Assembly (NCBI GenBank): GCA_964016885.1
Contig: OZ024742.1
Coordinates: 281,480,001 to 281,544,000 of the forward strand
DNA from: Eledone cirrhosa
Taxonomy: Eukaryota
Length of the DNA: 64,000 nucleotides
Direction of reading: 5' to 3'
Shown piece after piece: positions 1 through 15,727 of the stretch (position 1 is the stretch's first letter; each line of letters starts with the position of its first letter). Both the position numbers and the translations under genes were made by a program. The notes beneath the pieces are model-generated. The model saw only the letters and a list, made by a program, of their open reading frames with translations. It was not told where the DNA came from and ran no database searches.

Positions 1-1060
1 TTGTTCTCGACAACCTGAACAAGTTAATACATATATTAAATTTTCCGATGCACATGTGAAATTGTGTTTTACTATAAAACGTTGTCCATCTTTGAAATAG
101 AATTCCGAACCCTCTATTAGGTTGATGCAAATGCCACAGTTGGGTCTATCGCATTTTTTTACTGTGGGTTTCGTTGTTGTGGTTGGCAGTACTTTGGCAT
201 GTGTTAAGATGTTTTTCATTGACTTGGATTGTCTTTTGCTCTTTATGATATCGTGTGTTCGTAGAATTTGGTTCATTCTATGGTCCTTTTTCAATACAGG
301 GATGTTCTGGAGGATGGTGTCAAAGGCCTCGTTGTTGAGGGGGTTGTGTGTGGAGATGTATGGAAGAGCTTTTAGTTTTGGTTGATTTACTTTAGGGTGT
401 CTAAGGTCCTGGGTACTGAGTTTTAGGGCACGTTGGATTCCATTGTCAATTAGTGATGCAGGGTAGTCCCTGCCTATGAGTGTGTCCTTTAGTTCTTGTA
501 GCCGTAAGTAGCAGATGTTTTTATTGGAGACTATAGTACAGATTCTCTTGGCTAAGTTGTAGGGAATATTAATTTTAACGTGTCTAGGGTGGCAAGAGTT
601 GAAGGGGAGGTATTGCTTGGAGTCTGTGGGCTTGTAGTATATGTCTGTTTCTATTTTTTTGTTATGGATCTTAATGAGGATGTCGAGGAAGGGGAGTTGT
701 TGATAGCTGTATTCCATCGTGAAGTTAATATTTGTGTTGAGCCCATTTATAAGGGTGTGAAATTCTTTAAGTTTTTCGATGTTTTCGTGCCAAAGGATGA
801 AGCAGTCATCAAGATATCGCTTCCAGTTCCTTTCAATGTGTAAGTGGAGGGTGTTTCCAAATTTGTTTAGGACTTTAGTGTAGAGGGTGATTTCCAGGTA
901 TCCCATGACTAGGTTGGCATACGTAGGGGCTGTTTTCGTTCCCATAGCGGTCCCAGATTTCTGCCTGTAGGGTTTGTTATTGAAAACGAAGTAATTGTTC
1001 TCCAAGATAAATTTGAGTCCCTCTATCACGAATTCTTTTTTGATGCGTTGTGGGAGCATT
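1..1060 (-). mobile_element. Penelope-like retroelement (Neptune-like): RT C-terminal half, thumb, Cys linker and start of GIY-YIG endonuclease; 5'-truncated and running off the window start
   Basis: Manual minus-strand translation: ...[40 protein letters not shown]...NWKRYLDDCFILW...INFTMEYSYQQLPFLDI...TDIYYKPTDSKQYLPFNSCHPRHVKINIPYNLAKRI...CDRPNCGIC...NFTCASENLIYVLTCSGCREQ. These are hallmark PLE RT and GIY-YIG motifs. Confidence 0.92.
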
Positions 1061-1173
1061 TTGATCCGTTTTGATGCGTTTGTCAGCATTTTGATGCATT
1101 TTGATGCGTTTGTCAGCATTTTCTATTCCGTTTACCAATATATAATAACTTGTGTGTTACACCTCTATTCTTT

Positions 1174-1672
<499 letters not shown>

Positions 1673-1692
1673 ATATACATATCTATACATAT

Positions 1693-1745
<53 letters not shown>

Positions 1746-1755
1746 TATATATATA

Positions 1756-1896
1756 TAGGAGTAAGAAAGACCCCGTCTAAACGGCTTGAGCTCTGCCGTC
1801 GGGGTCTTACTTACTCCTATTACCCACTCTACTACCCTAAGTATTGAGTACTTTGGTGCGTTATGGTCCACCTGGTTCCTTACCACTTTTCCCTCG

Positions 1897-1898
<2 letters not shown>
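1756..1898 (+). mobile_element. Family A hammerhead/PLE-terminus element (short fold-back plus tail) in (TA)n
   Basis: taggagtaag..gaccccg is inverted to cggggtcttacttactccta; tail matches copies at 4166, 21721 and 62097. Confidence 0.8.
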
Positions 1899-1961
<63 letters not shown>

Positions 1962-1969
1962 CATGTATA

Positions 1970-2221
<252 letters not shown>

Positions 2222-2375
2222 AACCAGTAAGACCCCGGCGGCTGAGCTCAAGCCGTTTTGACGGCTAATTCTGGACTAATTTTAGTCCAGAATTAGCCGT
2301 CGAAACGGCCTGAGCCCAGCCGTCGGGGTCCTACTGGTTCCTATATATATATATATATATATAGGAACCAGCAAG

Positions 2376-2469
2376 ACCCCGACAGCCGAGCTCAAGCCGC
2401 TTCGACGGCCAATTCTGGACTAAATGAAAATTTATCCTGGTATTTAAATAGCCGATCTTCTCAAGGGGT
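2376..2469 (-). ncRNA. Type I hammerhead ribozyme (U3-A8 core), mirror copy of 3913-4006
   Basis: Reverse complement of the 3913-4006 motif within the left inverted arm. Confidence 0.6.
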
Positions 2470-3912
2470 AATTCCATATATGGTCAAAGTGATTGTCAAA
2501 AATCAGTAGTAATTCTGTGGTTGCAAATTAGTAGGGGAGATGGTGGCTAAACCTGCCAGTAGGAGAAAGAGGGGAGGGGTGGAGTAGACCCAATCAAGCG
2601 TTGGTAGTGCCAGCTACAGCTGGGCATGAGGTCAAAGAAGATACAGGGGAGGGGGAGGGGGAGAAATCGGAACGGTAGGTAGAACAATGGGGGGTAGAAG
2701 TATCTAGGAAAGAAAAAATACTGAGAGAGAAGAGAAGCAAATAAGTGTAAAGAAAAAACTTACCTCGCCCTCAAACCCCATAATGACCCGGGGGGGGGGT
2801 AGACTAGGGCTATAACACCCCACTTGCCGATTTTGCAATGGGTAACCCCTGCTTGCCAAGGAAGACGTAAGATCTTCTTTGTATTCTTTTATCGCTTCCT
2901 TTATTTCCTTCCCCCCTCTCTCCCTTGTCCTTCTACCCCAGCTCTTCTCCTTTGTCGGCTTCTTTTCTCGCCCACCCGAGGCTGCCCTTTAGCCCCATGT
3001 AGCCTTAGTACCCCCACCACCCCCTCCCCTAGTCTATGATAGATTTGGCGGACTCCGCCCTTTATAGCAGTTGGCTTAGACCCCGGATACTTGCCCCCTC
3101 TTTCCGACCGCTCCCACTATTCTCTGTGCCCTCTATATTTCTTAGTGGCACTTATGCCTTATTTTTTCGTTTCAGTATTTCTTGCTTCGCTTTTCTTCTG
3201 GGCGGGGTGGATTCTGAATTTATTTCTCCGTATTCTACCTTTATTTCGTACGAACTTTCTTGTAGCTTGTTTTACATCTTTTAGAGTTAGCATTAGTATA
3301 TATTTTTCTCGGGACTCAGAATTATTATCTCGTACAAGTTCACTTTGCTGCACTGGGTCGTTGCTGGCCCGGGATGGAAACCTTTATTGTTTATTTCGTG
3401 GTAGTCTCTTTAGTATTTTGGCCCCCTTTGTTGACCCGTCACCGTATCATTTACGTACTTATACCTCTTAAAAGGGTCCTTGCCTATCCGTCCCACCTAG
3501 TTCTTTTACTTATTTCGTTATTTATTTATTTATTTATTTATTTACTTTTTTCTTTCTTTCTTTATTTTATTCTAGCCTAACAATAGCCTGACACCCTGGT
3601 CGTAGAATTTAATTTACTTTACTTTTTTCTTTACACTTATTTGCTTCTCTTCTCTCTCAGTATTTTTTCTTTCCTAGATACTTCTACCCCCCATTGTTCT
3701 ACCTACCGTTCCGATTTCCTCCCCCTCCCCCTCCCCTGTATCTTCTTTGACCTCATGCCCAGCTGTAGCTGGCACTACCAACGCTTGATTGGGTCTACTC
3801 CACCCCTCCCCTCTTTCTCCTACTGGCAGGTTTAGCCACCATCTCCCCTACTAATTTGCAACCACAGAATTACTACTGATTTTTGACAATCACTTTGACC
3901 ATATATGGAATT

Positions 3913-4006
3913 ACCCCTTGAGAAGATCGGCTATTTAAATACCAGGATAAATTTTCATTTAGTCCAGAATTGGCCGTCGAAGCGGCTTGAGCTCGGCTGT
4001 CGGGGT
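3913..4006 (+). ncRNA. Type I hammerhead ribozyme with UUGAGAA (U3-A8) core; this copy reads GAAG instead of GAAA
   Basis: Stem I ACCCC/GGGGT; core TTGAGAA 3918-3924; stem II GA(T)CGGCTA/TGGCCGTC; GAAGC (GAAAC in sister copies); stem III CGGC/GCTG around a TGAGCTC loop; GTC at 3999-4001. Confidence 0.65.
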
Positions 4007-4261
4007 CTTGCTGGTTCCTATATATATATATATATATATATAGGAACCAGTAGGACCCCGACGGCTGGGCTCAGGCCGTTTCGACGGCTAATTCTGGACT
4101 AAAATTAGTCCAGAATTAGCCGTCGAAACGGCTTGAGCTCAGCCGTCGGGGTCTTACTGGTTCCTATTACCCACTCTACTACCTCAAGTATTGAGTACTT
4201 TGGTGCGTTATGGTCCACCTGGTTCCTTACCACTTTTCCTTCGTTATATATATATATATAT

Positions 4262-4412
4262 ATATTGAGTACTCAGGTTCGTTAAGGTCCACCTGGTTCC
4301 TTACCACACTTCCTTCGTTATATATATATATAACGAAGGAAGTGTGCTAAGGAACCAGGTGGACCATAACGCACCAGAGTACTCAATACATTGGGTAGTA
4401 GAGTGGGTAATA
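4262..4412. mobile_element. Two family A 3' tails arranged tail-to-tail around a short (TA)n
   Basis: attgagtac...ccttcgtta (TA)n taacgaagg...gtactcaat...agagtgggtaata. Confidence 0.75.
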
Positions 4413-4928
4413 CGAAAATGTTCAAGACTGCCGTCGGGTCTTGATCATTTTCCTCTCTCTCTCTATATATATATATATATGAAAACAGGGAGAAAGAGAC
4501 GATTATTAGGAAGAAAAATATTTTTTTTTCCTTTTTTGTATCTCTTTCTCTTTTTTCTGGGTGAGAAAATGATGAAAACGAAATGTTTTACTTTGTGTGA
4601 AGTGTTAAGGTATTAGTTGATTTATTTATTATTTAACAATGGCATTTATTTATCTATTTATATATTTAATTATTGTCTATTACCGGTTTCAGCATTTTTA
4701 TGCATTATCTATACTTACGTCTGTAAGTATAGATTTAATATTTAATATTTTCTAGATCGATACAGACGGACTATATGTACTTGAATTAAGGTATTTCTAT
4801 CTGGCTAAAAAATTATTGTCATTTTGCAAAAAAAAACACATTAGTGTGGATCATATTTTTTTAAATTGTAATGTAATGCTCAGAAGTATTTTCTTAGAGA
4901 TTAATATTTGTAACTGACTACTAAACTG

Positions 4929-5030
<102 letters not shown>

Positions 5031-5189
5031 TCAGGTTATCAATAATGTAGTGGTGATAATATATCGTTACGTTAGAGATGAACAGCGTACGTGTAGGCTT
5101 GCTCAACGAGTATAAATTATATTCCGGAGAAAATGTAGAAAAGATGAATATAAAATGAAAGTGCTTTTTTTTTAAAGGAATTTATTAGG

Positions 5190-5306
5190 TATTGACATAT
5201 GTTTCTGTAACAGACGGAATACCTATGTATCGCTGCTTGCGTAATCATATAATGTTAGCAAGTATTCGATAGCAAATGTATAATCAGTTGTCACTTCTTC
5301 AGAGAT
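5190..5306 (-). ncRNA. Degenerate hammerhead ribozyme in a PLE-type 3' end (element ~5025-5450, minus strand)
   Basis: Reverse complement: CTGAAGA A-GTGACA...TGTTAC-A GAAAC ATAT GTC. Stem III ACATATGT is palindromic; stem I pairs poorly. Confidence 0.5.
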
Positions 5307-5734
5307 TTTGGATAAATTGGATAAAATCAGAAAAGTTGAAGTATTTATATTAGTAATAGAGGAAGAAGAGAGAGGATAGTATATGACAGATGGTAATTCA
5401 ATTTACTGCTAAACAAGTATATAAAGGGTTTCTAATGAGAATACCATGAGTTTATATATATATATATATATATATACATATATATACACATATATACCTG
5501 CTATTTTTATATAGTTTCTAATTCATGGAAAGGCAGCATGGGTGGTATATTGGTGTAATGGTCTCACATTGGCCCGGCAATCAACTGTACTCCCATAATC
5601 CTGTGGTAAGGAAAACTATAATCATATACAATTATCTATGTCTATAAACATGGATACACAAATGTAGAGACATACAGAGATATACACATACACACACATA
5701 CTTACAAACACACTCACAAACACACATACACACT

Positions 5735-5970
5735 TACACGGAGGATGGACGCTTGGCTGGCCATATTCTGCGGCTGCCCGGCGAACGACACTCGAAAACA
5801 GCGATGCACTAGATCCCCCCCCCCCCCCCCCCCTGGCGACGAACTTTCCGAAAGGACCGGATGGCAGCCCGCAACACTTGGCAGGACGCGAAAAAGCCGC
5901 CTCTGATCGTGACTGTTAGCGAACACCTACTGCTCGATGCGCCGAAAGGCGCGGAAAAACCTAAGACTAA
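5735..5970 (+). mobile_element. RTE-clade LINE 3' end, degenerate
   Basis: Frameshifted reading of (L)AGHILRLPGERHSKTAMH.....WRRTFRKD...TWQDAKKAASDRDC*R...ARCAERRGKT*, typical of an RTE C-terminus. Confidence 0.6.
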
Positions 5971-5999
5971 CATATATATATATGTGTCTGTGTGTGTGT

Positions 6000-6586
<587 letters not shown>

Positions 6587-6606
6587 ATATATAAATATAT
6601 ATTATA

Positions 6607-7537
6607 CTAGCAGTAAAGCCCGGCGTTGCTCGGGGTCGCTCAGTAGCTGTGTTAAAGTTACAATGTTAAGTTTCTTTTTTGGCTTAAAAACTGTAGTGTC
6701 TACTGTGCAGACTTGCATGTGGTGTTTTTGATTAATATTCCCTCAAACAACAATATGCCTTATGAAGTTAAGAAAACATAACGATAACCCGAATGTTATA
6801 ACAAAAGAGGATGCTGGGGATAAAAACTGCACTGGTTATTTATTAACAAAGATCGAAAATGTAAACACTGCAACGCAGATAAAAACATTAGCGTAACCGA
6901 ATTATCAGTTATGTCTGTCTGCACGCCTATATCACCTCTCTGCACGACTGTCTGTCTGCACGCCTATATCACCTCTCTGCACGACTGTCTGTCTGCACGC
7001 GTATATCATCTCTCTGCACGACTGTCTGTCTGCACGACTGTCTGTCTGCACGACTGTCTGTCTGCACGCCTAACGACGAAATATTTGCTTGTTTTACGTA
7101 GTCTTTAAATAGACTTGTTTTCAAGTAAAAATATTGTTTTAAAATGCTTTCAAATGGAAATGAAGCCAAACGGAAGCTTAGTGTTCGAACTGATGAATTT
7201 TGCTGGTCAATATTTTGCTGGCTCGACAACTGTCTGTTCGTGTATTGTGTTAATGTCATTTTAAACGCTGAGAAAGCCAGCGTAATTTTTTACGTAAGAC
7301 GCTCAATGTAAACAGAACAAAGGGAAATAACTGATAACTTACGCTAAAAAATCGATACATTATATTCGATTTCGTCACATAGGATGGGTCAATTTGAAAT
7401 ATGTTTTTTCCGATGTCTTCGCTAGGGCTCAATGTACAAGTATAGCAATTTCGGTGCAATTCCGTGAGAGATTCTAAGAGGAGATGTGTGCCAAAAATCG
7501 ATAGACAGACAGACAACCACAGTTTTATATATATAGA
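6607..7537 (-). mobile_element. Non-autonomous Helitron
   Basis: On the minus strand: 5' A|TC-TATATATATAAAAC... and 3' hairpin CCCGAGCAACGCCGGG followed by CTGCTAG|T; the same termini occur at 16813-16840 and 49989-50016. Confidence 0.8.
6913..7070. repeat. Minisatellite (ctgtctgtctgcacg units) inside the Helitron
   Basis: Tandem ~38 bp and ~16 bp units visible. Confidence 0.85.
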
Positions 7538-7576
7538 TATATAGTTTATATATATATTTATATATATATTATATAC

Positions 7577-7694
<118 letters not shown>

Positions 7695-7942
7695 CTATGC
7701 ATCCATACATGTGCAGGGTGTGTGTGTTTATATTAGCGTTTGAATTCATTTGTTTATGTGTGACTATATAAAACACATTGCGTGGTATATATTAGGTAAA
7801 TAAATAGTAAACGGCAGAAAAAAGAATTATCTCGAGTATGCGAGCGTGTATATAGACGCATGCTTCTGTATGTATGTGTATATGTGTGTTTGTGTGTATG
7901 TATATATGTACGTGTGTATGTATGTATATAAAAATATATATA

Positions 7943-7979
<37 letters not shown>

Positions 7980-8024
7980 TTATTTATATACAGTAAATAT
8001 ATTTGTACATGAATATATGCATGT

Positions 8025-8092
<68 letters not shown>

Positions 8093-8200
8093 ATCTCTAT
8101 CTCTCTCTCCTCCTCTCTCTTTCTCTCTATATATATATGTGTGTGTGTGTGTATACAATATATATATATATATATATATACATTGTGTGATTATATGCAT

Positions 8201-8262
<62 letters not shown>

Positions 8263-8486
8263 ATATATATATATATATAAACATATATATATATATATAT
8301 ATATGTGTGTATGTATGTATACATGTATGTATCCAGCATGTGTGTGTGTATGTGTACTCCACTTTCAACCCACCACTTTCTTTCGGCAGTAAATCAATGT
8401 TAGAGAACCTTATTAATCCACCATATGTTGTGATAAGGAGGCATCCTCCCAATCCCCTTCTGTTTTTGTACACACACACACACACA

Positions 8487-8576
<90 letters not shown>

Positions 8577-8739
8577 TACTCCTTTGCCGTCTTCGAGATA
8601 TAACTCGCTCTTAGTTTACATTCTTCTCACCACTAGCAATAACAACGGCACTCTTTATCGGTCTGTCTTTCTAAATTAACAACATCTCACTCTCTCTCTC
8701 TCACACACTCTCTCTCTCTCTCACTCTTTCTCTCTCTCA

Positions 8740-8781
<42 letters not shown>

Positions 8782-8784
8782 CTT

Positions 8785-9172
8785 TCAAGAAGGATCAGGA
8801 TGGAGAGGGAGGTGCTGCACCCCTGCCGTTTTTATGAAAGATGGGTGAAAGTGGCGAGAATGGCCCGTGTGAATGGGCCTTCACTCTACATCAGACTGTA
8901 GGTGAGAAAGATGAAAGATCAAGGGAGCACCCTCTCTCTGTACCCCTGAGGGGAATAGTAGCAGACTTTTTCGGGGGTTTGAGCGACCCCCCCCCCCCCC
9001 CCAAGGCGGTTCCTCCCTATTGAGGGTTTTGTTATTCAATTTATTTTTGTTATATTTTATATTTTTATATTTTGTTATTGCCTCCTCCTTATTGAGGACG
9101 CCTTTTTATGTAAACTCCCCCCATTGTACTTTTCCCGCTCTTTGAGGCCCTGGTGGCAAATAAAAAGAAAGT
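8785..9172 (+). mobile_element. Tx1/L1-like LINE 3' end
   Basis: RIRMEREVLHPCRFYERWVKVARMARVNGPSLYIRL* is homologous to the end of the ORF at 50316-51635; 3' UTR ends in AATAAA. Confidence 0.8.
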
Positions 9173-9211
9173 TATCTATCTCTATCTGTCACTCTCTATC
9201 CCCTGTCTCTG

Positions 9212-9322
<111 letters not shown>

Positions 9323-9451
9323 GAAAAATGAAACGGAAATCCAAACGTACATATATATATGTGTGCATGTATGTATATATATATACATACTACTGTACGT
9401 CTGTATACATATATGTATCTACGTATACATACTTATATATATATATATATA

Positions 9452-9514
<63 letters not shown>

Positions 9515-9517
<3 letters not shown>

Positions 9518-9758
9518 AAAAAGCGATGGAATCGAAAATGCAACTGGAGTCTTATTTTTTTTTTAAATATATATATATTTATTTGGTTCCTTTACCGGTT
9601 TCGCAGTTCTTCTGCTTTTCAAAATGTGAGTTGAGATGGAGGATCTGTGGTTTTTCTCATAAGACTCCAGTTGCATTTTCGATTTCATCTCTTTTTCTTT
9701 ATACTTTCACTCGTGTAGGACACCTCGGTTATTTTTCATTTTGTAAAAAAAAACTCAC

Positions 9759-9765
<7 letters not shown>
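9515..9765. mobile_element. Family B element: inverted segment with hammerhead (9589-9626, minus) plus forward tail
   Basis: Reverse complement: CATT TTGAAAA GCAG aagaa CTGC GAAAC CG GTA AAGG; aagactccagttgcattttcgatt is present in both orientations. Confidence 0.75.
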
Positions 9766-9810
<45 letters not shown>

Positions 9811-9849
9811 ATATGTATATATATATATATATATGTATATGTGTATATG

Positions 9850-9905
<56 letters not shown>

Positions 9906-10381
9906 ACATTTTGTCTCCTTGTCTCTCACTTTCTCTCACACTATTTCGTACTCGCTCATTATTCTTTGATTCGGTGTCTCTTTTAAACATCATTTACGCC
10001 TCTTCCACATTTCTTCAGCCTCTCCCTCTTTCTCTCTAAGACAATAGTAACATCAGTTGTCTACCTTCGCTTCTAAATACCAAACAACGTTGATTCTGAG
10101 TAAATAAACTTTGGAATTACCAAATGTTTAAGTTTCTTTTCAACAATATGATATAAACAGACTAGATCACATTTAACGCATATATACCATATGCACATAT
10201 ACACAGATAGCATACACACATACTCACATGCTCAGATCCTCCTGCTCACATATAGACACATAAATATACATAGATAAGTATCTATATAAATATATATGTG
10301 TTCTTGTGTATGTGAATGTGTATGTAAGAGCAGGTGCGCTTTCATGAATGTAAGTATGTGTGTGAGAGAAAGAAAGTTTGA

Positions 10382-10463
<82 letters not shown>

Positions 10464-10869
10464 ATATATATAAATTAATAAAAATAATGAATAAAAACAA
10501 AGAAACAGTTTCTTATATTAAAAAATTCATCATTTTACGATGGTTTCTAGGATATATATGTGTGTGTTGGTATGTATATCATATATATCTATGTAAAATT
10601 TTTACAAACTATCAGACGGAATATACATACCTGCACATATATATGCTGTCTTCAGAAATATATATATATATATGTATATATGAACGCTCTTGGTTAGGGT
10701 GGTTGGCTCATATCTGCAAGATCGTGTGTTCCAATTCTCGCAGCTCGTTGTGTCCTGCAGCAAGTCACTTTATTTCACGTTGGGACTATCCACTTAGCTG
10801 GTAAAAATTGCATATACCTCTAATTTAAAAAAAAACTGATCACACACCATGTCACGCTCAATATATTCA

Positions 10870-11725
10870 TTTAAGCGCACGGCCAATAGATTTTTGGGAG
10901 AGTCGAAATTCGATTAAAAAGATTCCTGTGCGTTAATGGTACTTCATTTTATTGAGGCGAGGACGGATGCAAAACAAAGCTAAACTCGGCAGGGTTTAAA
11001 CTCAGTCTTTAAATAATTGGAACCCAATGTCGCAAAGCATAGTGTCCGAAGTTCTACTGATACTGCCAATCCACCACCCTCAATAATAATGGTTTCTTAT
11101 ATAGGCACAAGGCCAGTAATTTTGGAGGAGGGGAATGTCGATTAAATCGATCCTAGTGCGTGACTGGTACTTTATTTTATCGACCCCGTAAGGAGGAAAG
11201 GCAAAGTTAACCTTGGTGTGATTTGAACTCACATCATAAAGGGCCGTAACTCTATGCTGCAAAGCATGGCGTCCAACCCTCTGCCAATCCCCGCCCTCAC
11301 CATCCTAAGTAATAATAATAATTGTTTCTACTTTTGGCACAAGGCCAGCAATTACCTAGTACATTACTGGTACTTTATTTTATCGACGCCGTAAGGATGA
11401 AAGTCAAAGCTAACCTCGGCGGGATTTGAACTCAGAACGTAAAGGGACGTAACTATGCTGGAAAGCATGTCCGACCCTCTATCAACTCTGCCAATTCACC
11501 GCCTTTAAGTAATAATAATAATAATGCCAAGGCCAGTAATTTGGGGGGAAGGAAAAGTCGATTAGATCCACCCCAGAGCGTTACTGGTACTTTATTTTAT
11601 CGACGCCGTAAGTATGAAAGGCAAAGCTAACCTCGGTGGAATTTCAACTCAGAACGTAAAAGGCCACAACTCTATGCCACGAAGCACGGTGTCCGACGCT
11701 CTACCGACTCTACCAATCCACCATA
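10870..11725 (-). mobile_element. Cluster of four tandem octopus-type tRNA-derived SINEs (Meta-domain-like body, ATT tail)
   Basis: Repeated ggcacaaggccag...ctggtactttattttatcgaccccgtaaggatgaaaggcaaag..acctcggcgggatttgaactcag...tgccaatccacc; B-box GTTCAAATCC on the reverse complement. Confidence 0.85.
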
Positions 11726-12808
11726 ATAATAAGGAATAAACAATCAATTTAGCATCATTATGTTTATTCACGTGTTTATTCACGTGTGACGCGTCTTTGG
11801 CGTCGATCAGATTTCTGTGCGATCGGTATTGTTTGTGCCCGTCGCTGTAATCAGACTTGTAGATACTCTATTATATATATATAAACATACGCGTGTGAAT
11901 ATTTGTGTTTGTATGTAGGTATGTATGTATTTATGCATGTATCTATGTAAAAATGTATAGATGCATATTTACAAGACACGGCATACACAGTAATACAAGT
12001 TACATAAGATCACACATGCGTAAACTCAAATATACAGGTAATTTATATAAACATACACATATGTATACGTATGTATGTGCGTATAGATACTTTATGTATA
12101 TATAAAATCTTGAATGTATGCATGTAGATATGTATATATGTATATATGTATATATGTACCTATGTATGTATATATGTATGCATAAATGTATATATGTACG
12201 TATATATATATGTAAGTTTGGATATATGTACATATGTATGTCGATATGTATGTATGTTTGCATGTATGATGTACTTAGATATGTATGAATGTACATATGT
12301 GTGCATATATCTATGTACGTACATATGTATATATGTACGTCAGCATATCATTTCGTAACTACATTCGTATGTATGTGTGTATGTATACACACCCTGTCTT
12401 GCGTATAAATAATCAAACCGTATACACCAATGAACATTCAGTAGAAAGAATGCTAATAACACTGGTGGTATTTATTTTGTGTCAAACAGTTATTTCCGAC
12501 GCTTTCGATTTTGTTGATAACAATCCTAGCACTTGGTAGGTTTTTAACTCTTCATGCTTTGCTGCAACTCTTTGAAATGTCATAGAGTTTTGCGTTACCA
12601 TTTTAAATGGCACTACATTACGCCTCTGTTTATTGATTCTTCGAATCTTTCCTTTTTTTCTCTCCGTTCCAACACGACTGGGTGCCATACTTTGTGTCTT
12701 TTTTACTTCTAAATTTTCATTGATGTAACTCTATCAGTCGCATTCCATGTACCATGATATATCTCTATCTCCTCTCTTCCCCTTTTTCTTTCTCCCTCAC
12801 TCCCCCCC

Positions 12809-12846
<38 letters not shown>

Positions 12847-12980
12847 TACACACAATCACACACACACACACAATCACACACACACCCCCAAACTCTGGCT
12901 CGAATATACAGACATCTACTGATACATCTCCACACAAATATTCATACTTGGATACAATATATTTCCTACATCACAATATA

Positions 12981-13875
<895 letters not shown>

Positions 13876-14017
13876 TATATAGTGAAAGCGCATTCCGCAG
13901 TGGTTTGAGCGTTGGGCTTGCACTCGTGAAGGAAACTGGCGAAGGCTTCAAAAACACCATTTCTGTCCGTTCTCTTGTCGTTTTAGTTTGAATTGCCTCG
14001 AGAACGCTACCGTATTA

Positions 14018-14088
14018 TGTCTGATGAGATCATGGCACTGGTTGCGAGGAATCGCGTGGCCACTGTCGTCATGGAAATATGTATCACA
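14018..14088 (+). ncRNA. Type I hammerhead ribozyme with long stem II
   Basis: TGT CTGATGA [GATCATGGCACTGGTTGCGA ggaa TCGCGTGGCCACTGTCGTCATG] GAAAT ATGT ATC ACA; followed by AATAAA and a tail into (TA)n. Confidence 0.6.
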
Positions 14089-14161
14089 GCCTTATCAATA
14101 AAGGAATTTTAACACCTGCAACTATTTCGCATTTTCTTATTATATAAATATATGTATATAG

Positions 14162-14500
14162 TGAAGGTGCAGGACTTAGTGGTTGGTGCATTGGACTTGC
14201 AATCATGATGTTGTGAGTTGAATTCCCGGACCGAGTGATGTGTTGTGTCCTTGAGCAATACACTTTATTTGTCACGTTGCTCCCGTTTACTCCGCTGTAG
14301 AAATAGGTTGCCACCTCTCTGATGTCAAGCTCTATCGGCCATTGCCTTTCCCTTGGGTAACATCGGTGGCCAAGAGAAAACCGCTATGCATGGGTGAGTT
14401 TTGGTTTTCCACAAACAACCCTGCCAAGACTTGTGCCTCAGAGGGGAACATTTTGGGTGCGGAACCCATGGTCATTCGTAATGAAGCGGTCTTTACCTTT
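14162..14500 (+). mobile_element. tRNA-derived CORE-like SINE
   Basis: A-box-like ttagtggttgg, B-box-like gttgaattccc, and tgtccttgagcaatacacttt. Confidence 0.65.
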
Positions 14501-14589
14501 TATATATATATATATAAGTAAGAGAGGCAGCTTATCACATATAATTGACAGAGTGTCGGTCGATTCCTCACTCACTCAATAATCTAATT

Positions 14590-15052
14590 AGTTGCGTCCC
14601 TTTACGATCTGTGTTCAAATCCCGCCGAGGTTAACTTTTCCTTTCATCCTTACGGGGTCGATAAAATAAAGTATATACTGGATAATTGCTGGCCTTGTGC
14701 CAAAAGTAGAAACAATTATTATTGGGTATGAGTGAATTGGGCGGTGAATTGGCAGTATCGGTAGAGGGTTGGACGCCATGCTTTCTAGCATAGTTACTTC
14801 CCTTTACGGTCTGAGTTCAAATCCCATCGACGATAACTTTGCCTTTCATACTTACAGGGTCGATAAAATAAAGTACCAGTAATGTACTGAAATTGCTGGC
14901 CTTGTGCCAAAAGTAGAATCAATTAATATTGGGTTTGAGTTCAAATCCTACCAAGGTTAACTTTGCCTTTCATCCTTACGGGGTCAATAAAATAAAGTAC
15001 CAGTAATGTACTGGTTTATTGCTGGTCTTGTGCCAAAAGTAGAAACAATTAT
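14590..15052 (+). mobile_element. Three tandem octopus-type SINEs
   Basis: gttcaaatcccgccgaggttaac...ccttacggggtcgataaaataaagt...gtagaaacaattatt repeated three times. Confidence 0.85.
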
Positions 15053-15660
15053 TAAAATTCGACACCCAACCGATTAGAGTGTACACATACGTTAAGTAGC
15101 GAGGAAAACGACTTCGTTTGGGTAATAAAAATTGAGTTTCGTTGTCCGATGCACCAGGTTCTTCGATTCCGTTCTACTGGCGGTGGTCCGAGCGGAATCC
15201 CTATTTGCAGAAATTAGCTAATGTTATTATGTATTACGTAATTCGGGGGAGGTGGGGAACCCCGTCTGCAGCAGAGTTTCACCTCCCTGTAATGGAAAGT
15301 TCTCTATGGCATGCTAGTACGTCACATTGCTGGACAGAAATGAATGTAGTCGTAGACGTGCGACATCACATCAAAGGAAAGATAAGCCAGACCTGGCCAT
15401 TTACAGGGAACACACGTTGGCATTGATTTAAGTTGAAATAATGACCATACCAGAAGCACTGAACCAAGGTGCTTTCATATAGAAAACAAAGACAGACTAG
15501 CAAACAATATATAACTCCAACTAGAATGAGCAAATTGAGAAAGTTCAACTTACAATTTAAATGCAGTTTAGTCCCTGGGAGTAAAAACAATTAAATGATG
15601 AAGCTTATCGAATAGAATTGAACACAGCATATGTATGTATAAATATAGGCAGATATGCTT

Positions 15661-15709
<49 letters not shown>

Positions 15710-15727
<18 letters not shown>

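Noticed and set aside
4676-4735. Hammerhead-like GAAACCGGTA on the minus strand
   Set aside because: The CUGANGA strand is too degenerate (TAGATAA).
6913-7070. CRISPR-like repeat array
   Set aside because: Eukaryotic minisatellite with no unique spacers, inside a Helitron.
13924-13970. SECIS-like GTGAA...AA hairpin upstream of the 14018 hammerhead
   Set aside because: The 3' GA of the quartet is absent and the helix is too short.
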